From the sequence record MW021758.1: a stretch of 64,000 nucleotides of DNA. The stretch is one strand, 5' to 3'. Shown piece after piece: positions 1 through 10,251 of this stretch. The notes under the pieces are model-generated. The model did not search any database. It worked only from the letters and a program-made list of their open reading frames with translations, and was not told the origin of the DNA. Positions within the stretch are counted from its first letter, which is position 1; each line of letters begins with the position of its first letter. The position numbers and the translations under genes are program-made.

Positions 1-1
1 C

Positions 2-2218
2 CACATTGCATCACAGTTTAAAGACGGTACGTTGAAACATACCGGTAAAGGTATCTTGGGCGACCCAGGTCTTACTGAAGAAGAAGCCAAGAAAGAGAAG
101 CGACGTGAAGTCAGTACTCCTAGCATGGAAAACTTCTTCTGGAACCCAGCCGGTGACCGTGAAACGCCTACGCGTATCAACGACGCATGTACCATTACCG
201 ATAACATTGCAGTTCTCGGTTTAGGTAAGGTTCGTGACCGGATCAACCAGAAGCGAATGAACCGTTCTTTCCGTTCGACTACTCGTATTTCCAACGAGTC
301 CTTTAGCAGCGGTAACGGTCATATCAAGGAGATCCGCACCCTTGCCAACAGTCTCTATCGCGACAACGGTAGTGCGATGGAACGTGTTAAGGTAATGACA
401 ACGGCGGCTGAAGCTTCTCGTTCTTCTATTGGTCACCCGCTGGTTATTAAAGTACCAAGTGAATCTTGTATTCCGTGCTTCCCTAAAGGTGAGCCTCGCA
501 ACCACTTAGGTTACATTATTCTCCTGGATGAACTTGGTCACCCGTTGGATGTAACCGACGAGATCGCTCGTGCTGTTAAGAACGGTAACAATGGTCTTAA
601 CGGCGACAGTCAGATGAACCAGACCTCTTCACTTATTCAACAGACTAAGATGTTGGGTTCCGGTCTTTGCTACGATGCCGATAAAACTAACGCCGCTGAG
701 CGTGTGCGTATCTTCGACCAGGTTCTGGAAGAGAACGTACTTAACCGTATTAAAAACGGTTTGCTCGGCCGTAACGTTAAGTTGGGCTGGAACGAAGATA
801 TCATGCGTCTGTTCCTGTTCCGTAAGTTTGCTAACCAACGTACCCATATGGTATTCGTACCTGTTGAGAACGTTGCGTACTTTGCATACGACTACGACAA
901 GAACGGCATGGGTAAATCCTTGATGGATGACATCAAGCAAGTATCCGCTCTGCGTGCAATGACAACTTTTGCTAACTTCATGGCTGGGGTTAAGAACGCA
1001 GTTGGCCGTACTAAAGTTACCATGAACATTGACCCTCGTGACCCTGATCCGGACAAAGCGTATCACGTCATGATCGATGAATTCATGCGTCAACAGGCTG
1101 GCGGTACTCCAACAGACGTAACGTCTGCTGCTGAGATGTTCCGTGTTATTCGTTCCATGGGTGTGGTTATTGAAGTCCAAGGTAACCCGCGTATGCCTAA
1201 CACGACTGTCGATGTTTCTGAGTTCCAATCTCAACGTCAACAAATCGATCCAGAGTTCTCTCGTGAGTTGCAACGTCAGCAATACATGGGTCTGTTCGTA
1301 ACACCAGAAATGGTGGACATGACTACCCAGGCAGACTTTGCTATCTCCCGCTGGACAACCAACCAGCTTTATGCAAAACGTATCATGATGATTCAGGATG
1401 ACACTTGCAAACACGGTAAGAAGTTTGTTAAGTCCTATACCTTGTCTGACGGTACGTTGGTTGGCCGTATCCAAGAGATCTTCCGTGAACACAACGACCA
1501 GCTCCCAGAAGAGTACCGTTGCAACGATATGGGTAACCCATACTCACTGCAATATACCGATGCCATTGAAGAGTTCTTCCGCGTCCTTTATCTGGAACTT
1601 CCTCGTCCTGAATCTAACCGGATCGAGAACCAGAAAGAAGAATACGACAAAGTCTCTCAATGGATTGATGACATGGTTGAGAACTACATCTCGCCAGAAC
1701 TCATCGGGCCTTCTCTGGGCGACGAAGACCAAGATAAGATCAATCACCTCAAAGCTAACGTGGCCGCTTACTTCAAACGTGAGTACCTGGCTAAGACGGG
1801 GATGGACTTTGGTCTGAGTGAACTGACTCGTGTAGGTAGCGAAGATAACCCTGCGATTGACTTCTCTAAAGAGCTGAATGCGCACATGGCTAACCTGGTA
1901 CATAACCTGGGTGACACCGCTGCAGTTATTCGTCAGCTCCGTGAGAACCGTTTGGAAGTTACGAAGGAAACTAACCCTGACTTGAGTCAAGCAATTGAAA
2001 ATGCTAACCAAGGCGGTTTCGGAGGCGGTAGTGATTGGGGTAGCGACAATAGCTCCAGTGACTCAGAATTCGATACGGGTTCAGACGAGTTCGAAGACTT
2101 CGGCGAGGGTGACCTGAGTGGTAATGACTTTGGTAGTCGTGAAGATGAATTTGGCGGTGACCGTGCAAACGAAGATCCGTTCCAAGCCGCTGAAGACGAC
2201 AACCTGGCACCACCCTGA
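2..2218 (+). CDS. Probable portal protein (phiKZ gp129-like), 5'-truncated by the window edge
   Basis: Frame is open from base 2 with no stop before the track start at 32. Segments such as RTKVTMNIDPRDPDPDKAYHVMIDEF and RELQRQQYMGLFVTPEMVD resemble the T4 gp20-type portal core. It lies convergent to the MCP/RNAP block, as recalled for phiKZ-like phages. Long acidic Gly/Ser/Asp C-terminal tail. Confidence 0.55.
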   Translation, partial: HIASQFKDGTLKHTGKGILGDPGLTEEEAKKEKRREVSTPSMENFFWNPAGDRETPTRINDACTITDNIAVLGLGKVRDRINQKRMNRSFRSTTRISNESFSSGNGHIKEIRTLANSLYRDNGSAMERVKVMTTAAEASRSSIGHPLVIKVPSESCIPCFPKGEPRNHLGYIILLDELGHPLDVTDEIARAVKNGNNGLNGDSQMNQTSSLIQQTKMLGSGLCYDADKTNAAERVRIFDQVLEENVLNRIKNGLLGRNVKLGWNEDIMRLFLFRKFANQRTHMVFVPVENVAYFAYDYDKNGMGKSLMDDIKQVSALRAMTTFANFMAGVKNAVGRTKVTMNIDPRDPDPDKAYHVMIDEFMRQQAGGTPTDVTSAAEMFRVIRSMGVVIEVQGNPRMPNTTVDVSEFQSQRQQIDPEFSRELQRQQYMGLFVTPEMVDMTTQADFAISRWTTNQLYAKRIMMIQDDTCKHGKKFVKSYTLSDGTLVGRIQEIFREHNDQLPEEYRCNDMGNPYSLQYTDAIEEFFRVLYLELPRPESNRIENQKEEYDKVSQWIDDMVENYISPELIGPSLGDEDQDKINHLKANVAAYFKREYLAKTGMDFGLSELTRVGSEDNPAIDFSKELNAHMANLVHNLGDTAAVIRQLRENRLEVTKETNPDLSQAIENANQGGFGGGSDWGSDNSSSDSEFDTGSDEFEDFGEGDLSGNDFGSREDEFGGDRANEDPFQAAEDDNLAPP

Positions 2219-2248
2219 GCAAAAAAAGAAAAGCTGAATAGCTGACAC

Positions 2249-2281
2249 AGAGTAGAGGCCATTTGGCCTCTACTCTATTTT
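2249..2281. terminator. Intrinsic terminator between convergent genes
   Basis: Perfect 12-bp stem AGAGTAGAGGCC-ATTT-GGCCTCTACTCT followed by ATTTT. Confidence 0.85.
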
Positions 2282-2282
2282 G

Positions 2283-2648
2283 TCATTTAGTCTTCAGCAG
2301 GGAACTGAAACCGTTTTCGTCTTCTACAGCAAAGTTAACGTTGTAACCTTCTTTAGTCAGACGAGTGATCAACAGCATGGTGCGGTAAGCGGAACCTACA
2401 GCATCAGGCAGAAGGATGGATTTGTACTTCTCACCGGCATTGTGAACAGACTCGTAAGTCTGGATGTATTTCACAACGCTGTCCAGTGCATCTTTCAACA
2501 GACCGTTAAGATCCATTACTTTAAAGAACTGGTTCAGTTCTACGTCAGAGTGACGCGCTACCTTAATGCCGTAGCGGCGTGCTTCGTCCGCATACAGGTT
2601 TTGAACGAAAGAAAGGACGTTACTAGCGGTAGTATAATTGGTGTTCAT
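2283..2648 (-). CDS. Hypothetical protein (~121 aa)
   Basis: Start moved to ATG at 2648 (MNTNYTT), which is preceded by an AAGGAGG RBS. Confidence 0.75.
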   Translation of the reverse strand: MNTNYTTASNVLSFVQNLYADEARRYGIKVARHSDVELNQFFKVMDLNGLLKDALDSVVKYIQTYESVHNAGEKYKSILLPDAVGSAYRTMLLITRLTKEGYNVNFAVEDENGFSSLLKTK

Positions 2649-2730
2649 TTGGACCTCCTTGGGTCTCTCATAGTTGACGTGAAGCCCTCGCCGGATCACC
2701 GACGAGAGCACACGCTACATATTAAGTGGA

Positions 2731-4914
2731 TTATGCGGTTTTGTAAGCCAGTACGAACTGACCTTTAGCCATAGCATCTTTGGTTACAGTAACCCAGGTG
2801 CCGTCGGTCAGATACAGCTCTTTGTTGAAACCACCGTGAGCCATGTTCATCATGTTCAGGGCTTGATACAGTTTTGGTGCACTATCACGGTTTACCGTGG
2901 TAGACATCAGTTTGATACCAGGACGTTTCTTCATGCTGATGTCAGCAATAGTCATCGGCAGAGTCAGAACGCCGGAAGATTTCTTGCTAACGATATAGGT
3001 TGGTTTACCCATATCTTCACCAGTAGTCAGGAACTCGAAACGACGGATGTTTTCGTTAACCGTTTCGGAGAACTTAGCAGCGAACTCTTCACCGGCGATT
3101 TTAACCATATCTGCTTCGATAGTACGCAGATCGTTAACGTCGTCGATGGTCAGAGTACTGCCCATTTCCATACCCAGGATATCGTTGATAACATTCACGA
3201 TGTGACGCTTGATGAACACGATCAGATGACCTGGCAGACCATCTACACGGTTTTCGAAGCTACGCAGCATCTGCGGCAGAGTTACGTTAGAAACCGGAGA
3301 ACCAGTGATCACCAGACCACGCAGACCTTCGATCATTTCACGCGCTGCTTCAGCGGAACTGGCATCGTGCAGAGGACGATAGTTTTCAGTACGCAGATCC
3401 AGGGAGGATTCGGTATCCAGCTCAGTACGCAGATCCATGATCTTAACTTCCAGCGCATCGTGACCGAATGCCTTGATCACTTTACCTACTTTCACAGTTT
3501 CGTCGATAGTCGGTTTGTAATCGCTCAGATCCAGATCCGGGATTGGTTTTTGCTCTTCTTCTGGCAGAGTTTCGTTTTCTGCTTTCAGAACAGCTACAAC
3601 GTCTTCCCACTCCTTACGAGCTTCTTCTTCACGGCGACGTGCTTCTTCCAGATTGAAGCGGGTGGTTTTACCAGCTGCCAGCAGGATAGCTTCGCGCTGT
3701 GGATGAGATTTACCTGGGCCATTACGTACGCCGATGATTTCCGGCATAGTGTGGATTTCTTTACGCACTTTCTCTTTTTCCTCTTCAGACAGTTTACGGA
3801 AAGCCAGTACACGATAACCGTCTTTGTTGATGCTCCATTGTGGCGCTACTTCATCAGCTTCCCAGGAAGGGGCTGCACCGTTGCAACTGAAACGTGGACG
3901 TTCTGGAATTGCTTCCACAACTTCGATATCGTTCAGGTCATAGCAGTTGTTCAGGATTTCGTACTGAGTGATAGGACGCTCAGGACTTGGCAGAACTTTA
4001 CCGCTTTCAGTAGTGCCCCACTGACCGATGTCATCTGGGATGAAGTCAGCGTTACCTGCTACTGGGCCATTCGGGTCAGCAGTCCACTCTGGTTTGCTGG
4101 TGATGGTTTCAGGAGTTACACGCTCGTAAGCAGGTGCATGGTTACGACGAACTGCGTCTACTGGATTACGAGTTGCAAGTTCACGGCGAGTTGGTTCCTC
4201 TACACGACGTTCCTGACGACGTGGTTGAGGTTCCGGTTCCTGAATGCCCGCTTCAGCTTGACGGCGTTTCAGGTGCATCTCTGCCATAACATCCAATGCA
4301 GTTTTGACGCGTGGCTGAGCCTCTTCTCGAGCATGGGTACGTTCGCCATAGACTGGACGTTGCGGAGCACGTTGATCTACACCACGGGCTGCAGCAGAGC
4401 TATAGTCGGAACGATAACCTTCCTGACGACCGCCGCCATAACCACGAGAACCACCGGCAGAATAACCGCGACGATCTTGTTCGCGTGCTGCGCGACCGAA
4501 GGAACTTTCACGGCCACCACCACGACGATCATCACGACCATAACCACGGCCACGAGATTCGTTCATCTCTGCCAGCTCATCGATGATCTCCAGAGCCATG
4601 CGACCCATATCGGCCAGGTCATCCATTTCAGCATTGCTCAGGTTACGAGTGAACCCACGGTCGTCTGCTGCACGGGCAGCTGCATACCACAGAACCAGAT
4701 CGTACACGATGTCTTCGGAAGACTTCTTAGTACGGTTATATTCCAGAGCATAAGCGCTGATTGCATAACGCATCAGCTTCTCACCAACATCTGAACGACG
4801 ATCACGAGTCAGATCGTCCAGATAGCCGATCAGTTCATTACGGCGAGATTCAGTGTCGAGGATTTCTTTAACGAAATTAGCAACGTCACGATCGGAAAAT
4901 TTATAGTCACTCAT
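2731..4914 (-). CDS. Hypothetical core-region protein with an RGG/GYG-rich low-complexity segment
   Basis: 727-aa ORF with phage-like codon usage and an AGGAG RBS. Residues ~120-170 are Arg/Gly/Tyr/Ser-rich. Confidence 0.8.
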   Translation of the reverse strand: MSDYKFSDRDVANFVKEILDTESRRNELIGYLDDLTRDRRSDVGEKLMRYAISAYALEYNRTKKSSEDIVYDLVLWYAAARAADDRGFTRNLSNAEMDDLADMGRMALEIIDELAEMNESRGRGYGRDDRRGGGRESSFGRAAREQDRRGYSAGGSRGYGGGRQEGYRSDYSSAAARGVDQRAPQRPVYGERTHAREEAQPRVKTALDVMAEMHLKRRQAEAGIQEPEPQPRRQERRVEEPTRRELATRNPVDAVRRNHAPAYERVTPETITSKPEWTADPNGPVAGNADFIPDDIGQWGTTESGKVLPSPERPITQYEILNNCYDLNDIEVVEAIPERPRFSCNGAAPSWEADEVAPQWSINKDGYRVLAFRKLSEEEKEKVRKEIHTMPEIIGVRNGPGKSHPQREAILLAAGKTTRFNLEEARRREEEARKEWEDVVAVLKAENETLPEEEQKPIPDLDLSDYKPTIDETVKVGKVIKAFGHDALEVKIMDLRTELDTESSLDLRTENYRPLHDASSAEAAREMIEGLRGLVITGSPVSNVTLPQMLRSFENRVDGLPGHLIVFIKRHIVNVINDILGMEMGSTLTIDDVNDLRTIEADMVKIAGEEFAAKFSETVNENIRRFEFLTTGEDMGKPTYIVSKKSSGVLTLPMTIADISMKKRPGIKLMSTTVNRDSAPKLYQALNMMNMAHGGFNKELYLTDGTWVTVTKDAMAKGQFVLAYKTA

Positions 4915-4946
4915 TTTACTACTCCTAGCAAGACTTAAGATTTAAA

Positions 4947-6560
4947 TTAGTATTTCGAAATTTCTTTCTGGGCTTGGTCGATAAGTTCCACCAGATCTGG
5001 GTTACGGACGATACGTCCATTTTTGTCGATGTGGAGGAACATGTTAAGACGACTACGGCCATCAGGAGAACCTTTCGCAAAGTTACAGGCAGAGCCCGCT
5101 TCGGCAATAGAGCCGTCGAGTTGATAGGCGAGCTCGTTAGGTTTGAAGCTCTTCGTTTTACCTTTGCCCGTCACCGCGTTCATCTGACGAATAGAGACGC
5201 AGGTGTGTTTGAAGATCATGCAATCACCAGGATATTGGACGGAACCCAATTCCCCGTGTTTACTTTGGATACCCAGGAATGCATCTGGAGTAATCATGCG
5301 GGACAATGTCCAACGCAGTCTACGGAACGTCAGAGAATCACGTTCTTTTTCCAGCTGCCAGGTGAAGTTAAAGATCGCTTCAGTAATACCGGACAGTGCA
5401 TAACGTTTAACTAATAAATGCTTACCCCACATACGGCCAGAGTTATCGTTAACAATACGACTTGTAATCGTGTCAAGTACATGAACGAACAGATCGTACA
5501 GATTGTCTACCTGAATACCTTCCATTTCCAGGTGACGTTTTGTTTCATAGTCGACGTAACGGTCGAGCGAGTTTAAGTGCTTATCGATTTCGTTAAGCAG
5601 CTTACCTTCGTTCTCTTTGGCGCGGTGTAAAATATACCCCATTGCGATGCGCCAGGTGCCATCTTGATCGATGTGTTCCAAAGTGAAACGGCTTGGGAAC
5701 TGATCGATTACGTAGAAGAAGTGAGTGGCCAGAAGAGATACCCCTGGATGTTCCTCACATTTGTCCCGAGGGATAATGAGTACTAGATTAGTCGGAGTCC
5801 AATCCGACTGTTCGCGGCGTCGTTTTTCGAGAGGCGGCAAACCCATAGTCGTAAACATTACATAGTCCTCTACCGGATAGATCTCCGATAGTCCCGGACG
5901 CTTCTCTTCGATAATGACATCAGTGTCATAATACCGTTTGAATGTCTCGGTAACGCCATACTTGCAAAACAGGTAATGGCCAATAGTCGATTCGACTTTG
6001 TTGGCCTTGCGGGAATCCGCAACACTCTCTTTGCTCTGGTAAATGTTCCCAGCTACCACGAAGTGAGTAATAGACTCACCATCCTTCAGGACACCATAGT
6101 TGGTGCGGGTAAGGGTAAACTTAGCTCTCAACAACATCGTAAACAAACCGAGGTCGGAGACGCTGAACACCAGGTCGGCTAGGATCGGGTGAATTGTGCT
6201 ACGACTTCCGCGCAGGAAGATCGTACCAGCTTCACGCATATACGGCAGGTTGATATTACGAGTTACCTTCTGACCGTCGAAGTCGAAGATAGCCTCACAC
6301 ATGTAAACGTCTGTCTGAGAGACATCACGTTCCGGGATTCGCTCGCTAGTCCGTTCGATTTCACGCTGTTCCTCTTCAGGCGTTAGTCTACGGAGTCCCA
6401 CAAATTTGAAGATAGGCGGGAAGTCAGCAGAAGCACATTCGAAGATACGATGGATATACTCCTCCGCGTCTTCCATGTCCTTTACAGAATAACCCTTTGC
6501 GATATCGGGGTTAAACTGAGGAAGGTCTGCTATGATGTCTTGATACAAGCGATTATCCAC
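4947..6560 (-). CDS. Non-virion RNA polymerase beta-like subunit (phiKZ gp123-like)
   Basis: 537 aa. The N-terminus (PQFNPDIAKG...FPPIFKFVGLRR) and the motifs LPYMREAGTIFLRGS and GSPDGRSRLNMF match my recollection of the nvRNAP beta N-terminal subunit family. Size and position next to the MCP also fit. Confidence 0.75.
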   Translation of the reverse strand: MDNRLYQDIIADLPQFNPDIAKGYSVKDMEDAEEYIHRIFECASADFPPIFKFVGLRRLTPEEEQREIERTSERIPERDVSQTDVYMCEAIFDFDGQKVTRNINLPYMREAGTIFLRGSRSTIHPILADLVFSVSDLGLFTMLLRAKFTLTRTNYGVLKDGESITHFVVAGNIYQSKESVADSRKANKVESTIGHYLFCKYGVTETFKRYYDTDVIIEEKRPGLSEIYPVEDYVMFTTMGLPPLEKRRREQSDWTPTNLVLIIPRDKCEEHPGVSLLATHFFYVIDQFPSRFTLEHIDQDGTWRIAMGYILHRAKENEGKLLNEIDKHLNSLDRYVDYETKRHLEMEGIQVDNLYDLFVHVLDTITSRIVNDNSGRMWGKHLLVKRYALSGITEAIFNFTWQLEKERDSLTFRRLRWTLSRMITPDAFLGIQSKHGELGSVQYPGDCMIFKHTCVSIRQMNAVTGKGKTKSFKPNELAYQLDGSIAEAGSACNFAKGSPDGRSRLNMFLHIDKNGRIVRNPDLVELIDQAQKEISKY

Positions 6561-6577
6561 AATCGATTACTCCACAG

Positions 6578-7615
6578 TTAGATTAAAGCCATTATTGAAG
6601 AAGAACGTTTAAAGATACCAAACAACTTGGCTCCCCAACTCACTAATATCGGTAACGTAGTCTTCACGGCCTCATTAAAGATCTTAAGGATACCATGACC
6701 GAATTTCAGCTTTTCTTCTCGAACACTGGTACGCTTATCATCTCGCTGTTTGACTTTCTCTTTCGCTACTTCGTCCTTAACTCGTTTGAGTTCGTTTTCT
6801 GGAGAAGCATAAGCCTCTTCCAAAGATGTGAATACTTTCAACCCCAATGGATTTTCCCCTGACAATGCTTCGTCGATAGAGAACTTCATTCGGGTTTCTT
6901 CCATCGGCACCATCGACGGCATCATGATGTTCCAAGCAGCCAGCTCGACGCCCGGCTCACAACCGGCTGTTCGATCTAGGTCTATCTCGAATACCTCACT
7001 GCCAATCCGATAGAATGCTCTTGGTAGCCGATTATCAGGATCGTTTAAAGTGACACATACGCCACTATAACGACAATCATTATCGGGTTTCACATTCGGT
7101 AAATGAGCCTCGATAAATTCAGACTCCAGGGTTCTAGTCGCCGCATCTCTGCTACAGTCGATACTAATACCCCATTCTGCAATCTCCAGCAGATTACCTA
7201 AGGACTTCAGATTACGCTCGTCGAAAGCCATTACCAGACGAGAATAGTTACGATTAAAGCGATTGAAAACATCCGTGTCATCGACATGGACGCTAGCAAA
7301 TCCCTTATACCGTTCGAGCACATCGTGAATGTACTCCTCAGAGTAATCGTGGTCAGCGTTAATTTTAACTAAGCTGTTGGCGTAAGAAAATACAACACTG
7401 ATCGCAATACAGCGACCAGCGGCAGGTACGTTCTTTGGATTTACTACATGACGATTGCCAGTGTTTTCTTTAACCATAACCGGATGGTTCAACAAGTTAA
7501 CAACTCGTACTTCGATTGTTACTTGAGATGCCTCCAGTTCCTTATTCAGTACATCCAACCGTTTAGGGTTCAGGATAGTACTGTTTGTTCTCCATGTGCT
7601 CTTCTTAAGTGTCAC
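6578..7615 (-). CDS. Hypothetical protein, probably early-expressed, with a basic amphipathic C-terminus
   Basis: 345-aa ORF with a GTG start, just downstream of a TATATTAC motif. Confidence 0.75.
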   Translation of the reverse strand: MTLKKSTWRTNSTILNPKRLDVLNKELEASQVTIEVRVVNLLNHPVMVKENTGNRHVVNPKNVPAAGRCIAISVVFSYANSLVKINADHDYSEEYIHDVLERYKGFASVHVDDTDVFNRFNRNYSRLVMAFDERNLKSLGNLLEIAEWGISIDCSRDAATRTLESEFIEAHLPNVKPDNDCRYSGVCVTLNDPDNRLPRAFYRIGSEVFEIDLDRTAGCEPGVELAAWNIMMPSMVPMEETRMKFSIDEALSGENPLGLKVFTSLEEAYASPENELKRVKDEVAKEKVKQRDDKRTSVREEKLKFGHGILKIFNEAVKTTLPILVSWGAKLFGIFKRSSSIMALI

Positions 7616-7700
7616 GGTAATGCTACCCCCAATAGAATTTGTTGAAACAGATCTGTTAGAACTTAGTAATGGATCGCGACTCCATCACAACTCCAAGGTA

Positions 7701-7710
7701 GTAATATATA
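7701..7710 (-). promoter_or_regulatory. phiKZ-type early promoter motif (TATATTAC)
   Basis: Minus strand reads TATATATTAC, upstream of the 7615 gene and the nvRNAP subunit. TATATTAC is the published phiKZ early (vRNAP) promoter consensus. Confidence 0.65.
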
Positions 7711-7739
7711 CATGAACTTAAGTCGATATGGAAATAGGG

Positions 7740-7770
7740 CAAAATAAACCAGGGACCCGAAGGTCCCTGG
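7740..7770 (-). terminator. Terminator of the major capsid transcript
   Basis: CCAGGGACC-TTCG-GGTCCCTGG followed by TTTATTTT. Confidence 0.9.
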
Positions 7771-7837
7771 ATTACTGGCTTGTGACCTAGGCAGGATCGA
7801 ACCCGCTAAGAGGGTTCTCAAACGCCTCTCCGAGAGT

Positions 7838-10132
7838 TCAAGGTTTCGGAGCTTCGCCGCCTTTACCAAACTCGTCGGCGTTAACGACTTTAACATCGTT
7901 AGCCTGAGCGGTACGCGCCGCAATTGCTTCTTCCAGGTTTTTCACGGTGATAGACAGCATGATCGGCAGGAAGTTGAAGTAACGGTAGCGCGGAGTCAGA
8001 CGGATTTCGTTACCGATGCGCTGGTTACGGATCATCTGGAAGTTAACCAGGTATTCCGGAATCAGGCCCAGTACGCCGTGCTGCAGCGGGTGCGGCTCGT
8101 CAACGTTCGGCAGCACGAAGGTCATGATGATCTGATCTTTCATGCGCAGGTCGGAGATACGAGCGATGGTGTAGTCGTAACCAATACCAACGGTACGGTC
8201 GTCGCCAGGAATCTGCAGGTACTGCGGCAGACGCATGTCGGTACCGATAGCTACGTGCGGCTTAGGAGTACGGCCTGGGAAGGCAGCTTCCAGAGCAGCG
8301 GTGTAACCAGTCAGCTGGTCAGCGGTGTAAACCATTTCGTTGATCTTGCTAACCAACAGACCCTGAATGTCAGTCTGCTTAGCAGCCGAGGTCAGGTTGT
8401 TCAGATCTTTCAGGATGTCTACTTCGGCTTCCATGTAGTACGGACGCACGTAGTATTGGCCGACACCTTCCAGGCCTTGGTTAGATTCGATCGGGTGCGG
8501 TACGCCAACGCCCAGGTAGGCTTTCAGAGTATCGCGGCGGTTCAGCAGGGTGGTTACTGCGTTGTTACGCATCTGCACACGGTAAGCAGTGGTCAGCGCT
8601 TCGATGCGCGGATACACTTTCTCTTCGTCTTGCAGAGCCGGCTTGATGATAACCAGCGGCGGCAGAGTTGGGATCATGAAGCCGTGTTTCATCACGTCGG
8701 AGTCGATTGCCAGGCCCAGTTCCAGTTGGTTGATGTTGGTCAGACGAGCTTCCAGGGTGTAACCCGCAGCTTCGAAAGTCAGGCCAGCGATCAGAGCGGC
8801 AACGCGCGCGTCGGACAGTGCGATTTCAACGCCGTCTTTGTCGAAGATCTTAGCGATTTTCAGAGGACGTGCGTAGGTTTCGCCGGAGCCGGTTTCAACG
8901 TTTACTTCGCCGTCGATACCAACAGCCAGTTCCATGCTGTAGCCAGCGTCGATCAGACCTTTCAGGTTAGCGGATTCCGCGCCTTCAACGGTTTTGGTTT
9001 CTGCGTTAACAGAAACGGTCGACAGGAATTTCAGCTGCATTTGACGGAAGTTGTATTCGCGAGTTGCGGTGTACGCGGCGTACTGGTCGCGGTTCACGAA
9101 GAAGTTCACGTTTTCTTTGGTGCCGCCTTTGGAAACGGTTACCAGCAGATCTTTCAGCGCGATACGGCTGTCCAGGGAGTCGGAGAAGGTTGGAGAACCT
9201 TTCTGCAGACGAGAAGGAGTCTGTGCCAGCATTGGCAGGTTGAAGCCAACACCGAATTTCAGGTAGTTGGTTTCGAACTCTTCGTTGGACTGAACAACTT
9301 TGCGCGGCGCAACCAGGGTCGGGTCGATGAACTGGTCATCGTTCTCGCCGGTGTGGATGCACGGGATCAGTTCGGTGCTGTTGCTTTCCAGAACGGTGTA
9401 GTCCAGCAGACCTTGCAGGATGTTACGTTTTTGGAATTTAACGGCGTCGCCTTTCAGACCAGTACCCTGGTAGGTTTCCCAGACCATGTTACGGCGGATC
9501 GACATTACGAAGCCAGCTTGGTCAGGAGTGATGATCTGAGTGCGGTAGAACAGTTCAGCGAATGGGTGCTGTTTAGCGGCCATCATGTTGATAGCGTAGC
9601 TGTGTTCACGCCATTTTTCGGTTTCTTTTTCGTCGAAGGATTCGAACGACGGACGGCTGCTTTCCGGCAGAGTCGCGATGGCGCCGTTGGCACCGGAGGA
9701 AACCATGTTGTGGACGATAACGCCGCTTTCGAAGGCCGGGTTAGAATAACCGTCCTTGTAGTAAGCGCCTGGGTTTTTGAAGGACATCGCCAGAACAGCG
9801 GCAGCTTCAACAGCTACTTTGTTACCGTTCTCTTCGATGAACTCGCCGCCATGAACGATGGCGCCGTCAGACTGACCTTGCTCGATTGCGTTTACTGCAC
9901 CAACCGCATCGCTTTGCGCTTCGGCCAGATCCTGGGTCAGGTTATCCAGGGTGCTGTCAACGTCAGCAGCGTTAACACCCAGGTCGTTGTAGCTTTCCAG
10001 AGATACGGACATCACGCCAGCGGCAGAGCCTTCGCCCAGGCTGTTTACGTTGCGCATTACCGCATTGTGGATTTTCTCAACCAGATTTTTGGTCAGGTTG
10101 CCGCGCAGTGCGCTTTTCGATGGTCTTGCCAT
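7838..10132 (-). CDS. Major capsid protein (phiKZ gp120-like)
   Basis: 764 aa with the strongest codon bias in the window. N-terminal propeptide with [S/A]-x-E sites (AVE-A, AFE-S, SFE-S). The motif AAKQHPFAELFYRTQIITPDQAG is typical of phiKZ-like MCPs. Confidence 0.85.
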   Translation of the reverse strand: MARPSKSALRGNLTKNLVEKIHNAVMRNVNSLGEGSAAGVMSVSLESYNDLGVNAADVDSTLDNLTQDLAEAQSDAVGAVNAIEQGQSDGAIVHGGEFIEENGNKVAVEAAAVLAMSFKNPGAYYKDGYSNPAFESGVIVHNMVSSGANGAIATLPESSRPSFESFDEKETEKWREHSYAINMMAAKQHPFAELFYRTQIITPDQAGFVMSIRRNMVWETYQGTGLKGDAVKFQKRNILQGLLDYTVLESNSTELIPCIHTGENDDQFIDPTLVAPRKVVQSNEEFETNYLKFGVGFNLPMLAQTPSRLQKGSPTFSDSLDSRIALKDLLVTVSKGGTKENVNFFVNRDQYAAYTATREYNFRQMQLKFLSTVSVNAETKTVEGAESANLKGLIDAGYSMELAVGIDGEVNVETGSGETYARPLKIAKIFDKDGVEIALSDARVAALIAGLTFEAAGYTLEARLTNINQLELGLAIDSDVMKHGFMIPTLPPLVIIKPALQDEEKVYPRIEALTTAYRVQMRNNAVTTLLNRRDTLKAYLGVGVPHPIESNQGLEGVGQYYVRPYYMEAEVDILKDLNNLTSAAKQTDIQGLLVSKINEMVYTADQLTGYTAALEAAFPGRTPKPHVAIGTDMRLPQYLQIPGDDRTVGIGYDYTIARISDLRMKDQIIMTFVLPNVDEPHPLQHGVLGLIPEYLVNFQMIRNQRIGNEIRLTPRYRYFNFLPIMLSITVKNLEEAIAARTAQANDVKVVNADEFGKGGEAPKP

Positions 10133-10251
10133 TGTGGTTCTTTCCTTTAAATAACGTTATTTAGGAACTGAATTGATTAACAGCACAGTATATGCACTTT
10201 TTACATAACAATGCTGTAATAGCAGTTACATACTATTTGGGAATGTGCGGA

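Noticed and set aside
2836-4794. 652-aa plus-strand ORF
   Set aside because: Antisense shadow of 2731-4914.
7663-7923. 86-aa alternative-frame ORF over the MCP 3' end as a frameshift product
   Set aside because: No slippery sequence seen, and the ORF runs through the terminator and promoter.
8078-10150. 690-aa plus-strand ORF antisense to the MCP
   Set aside because: It is a shadow of the strong codon bias on the opposite strand, has an unnatural composition and lacks an RBS.
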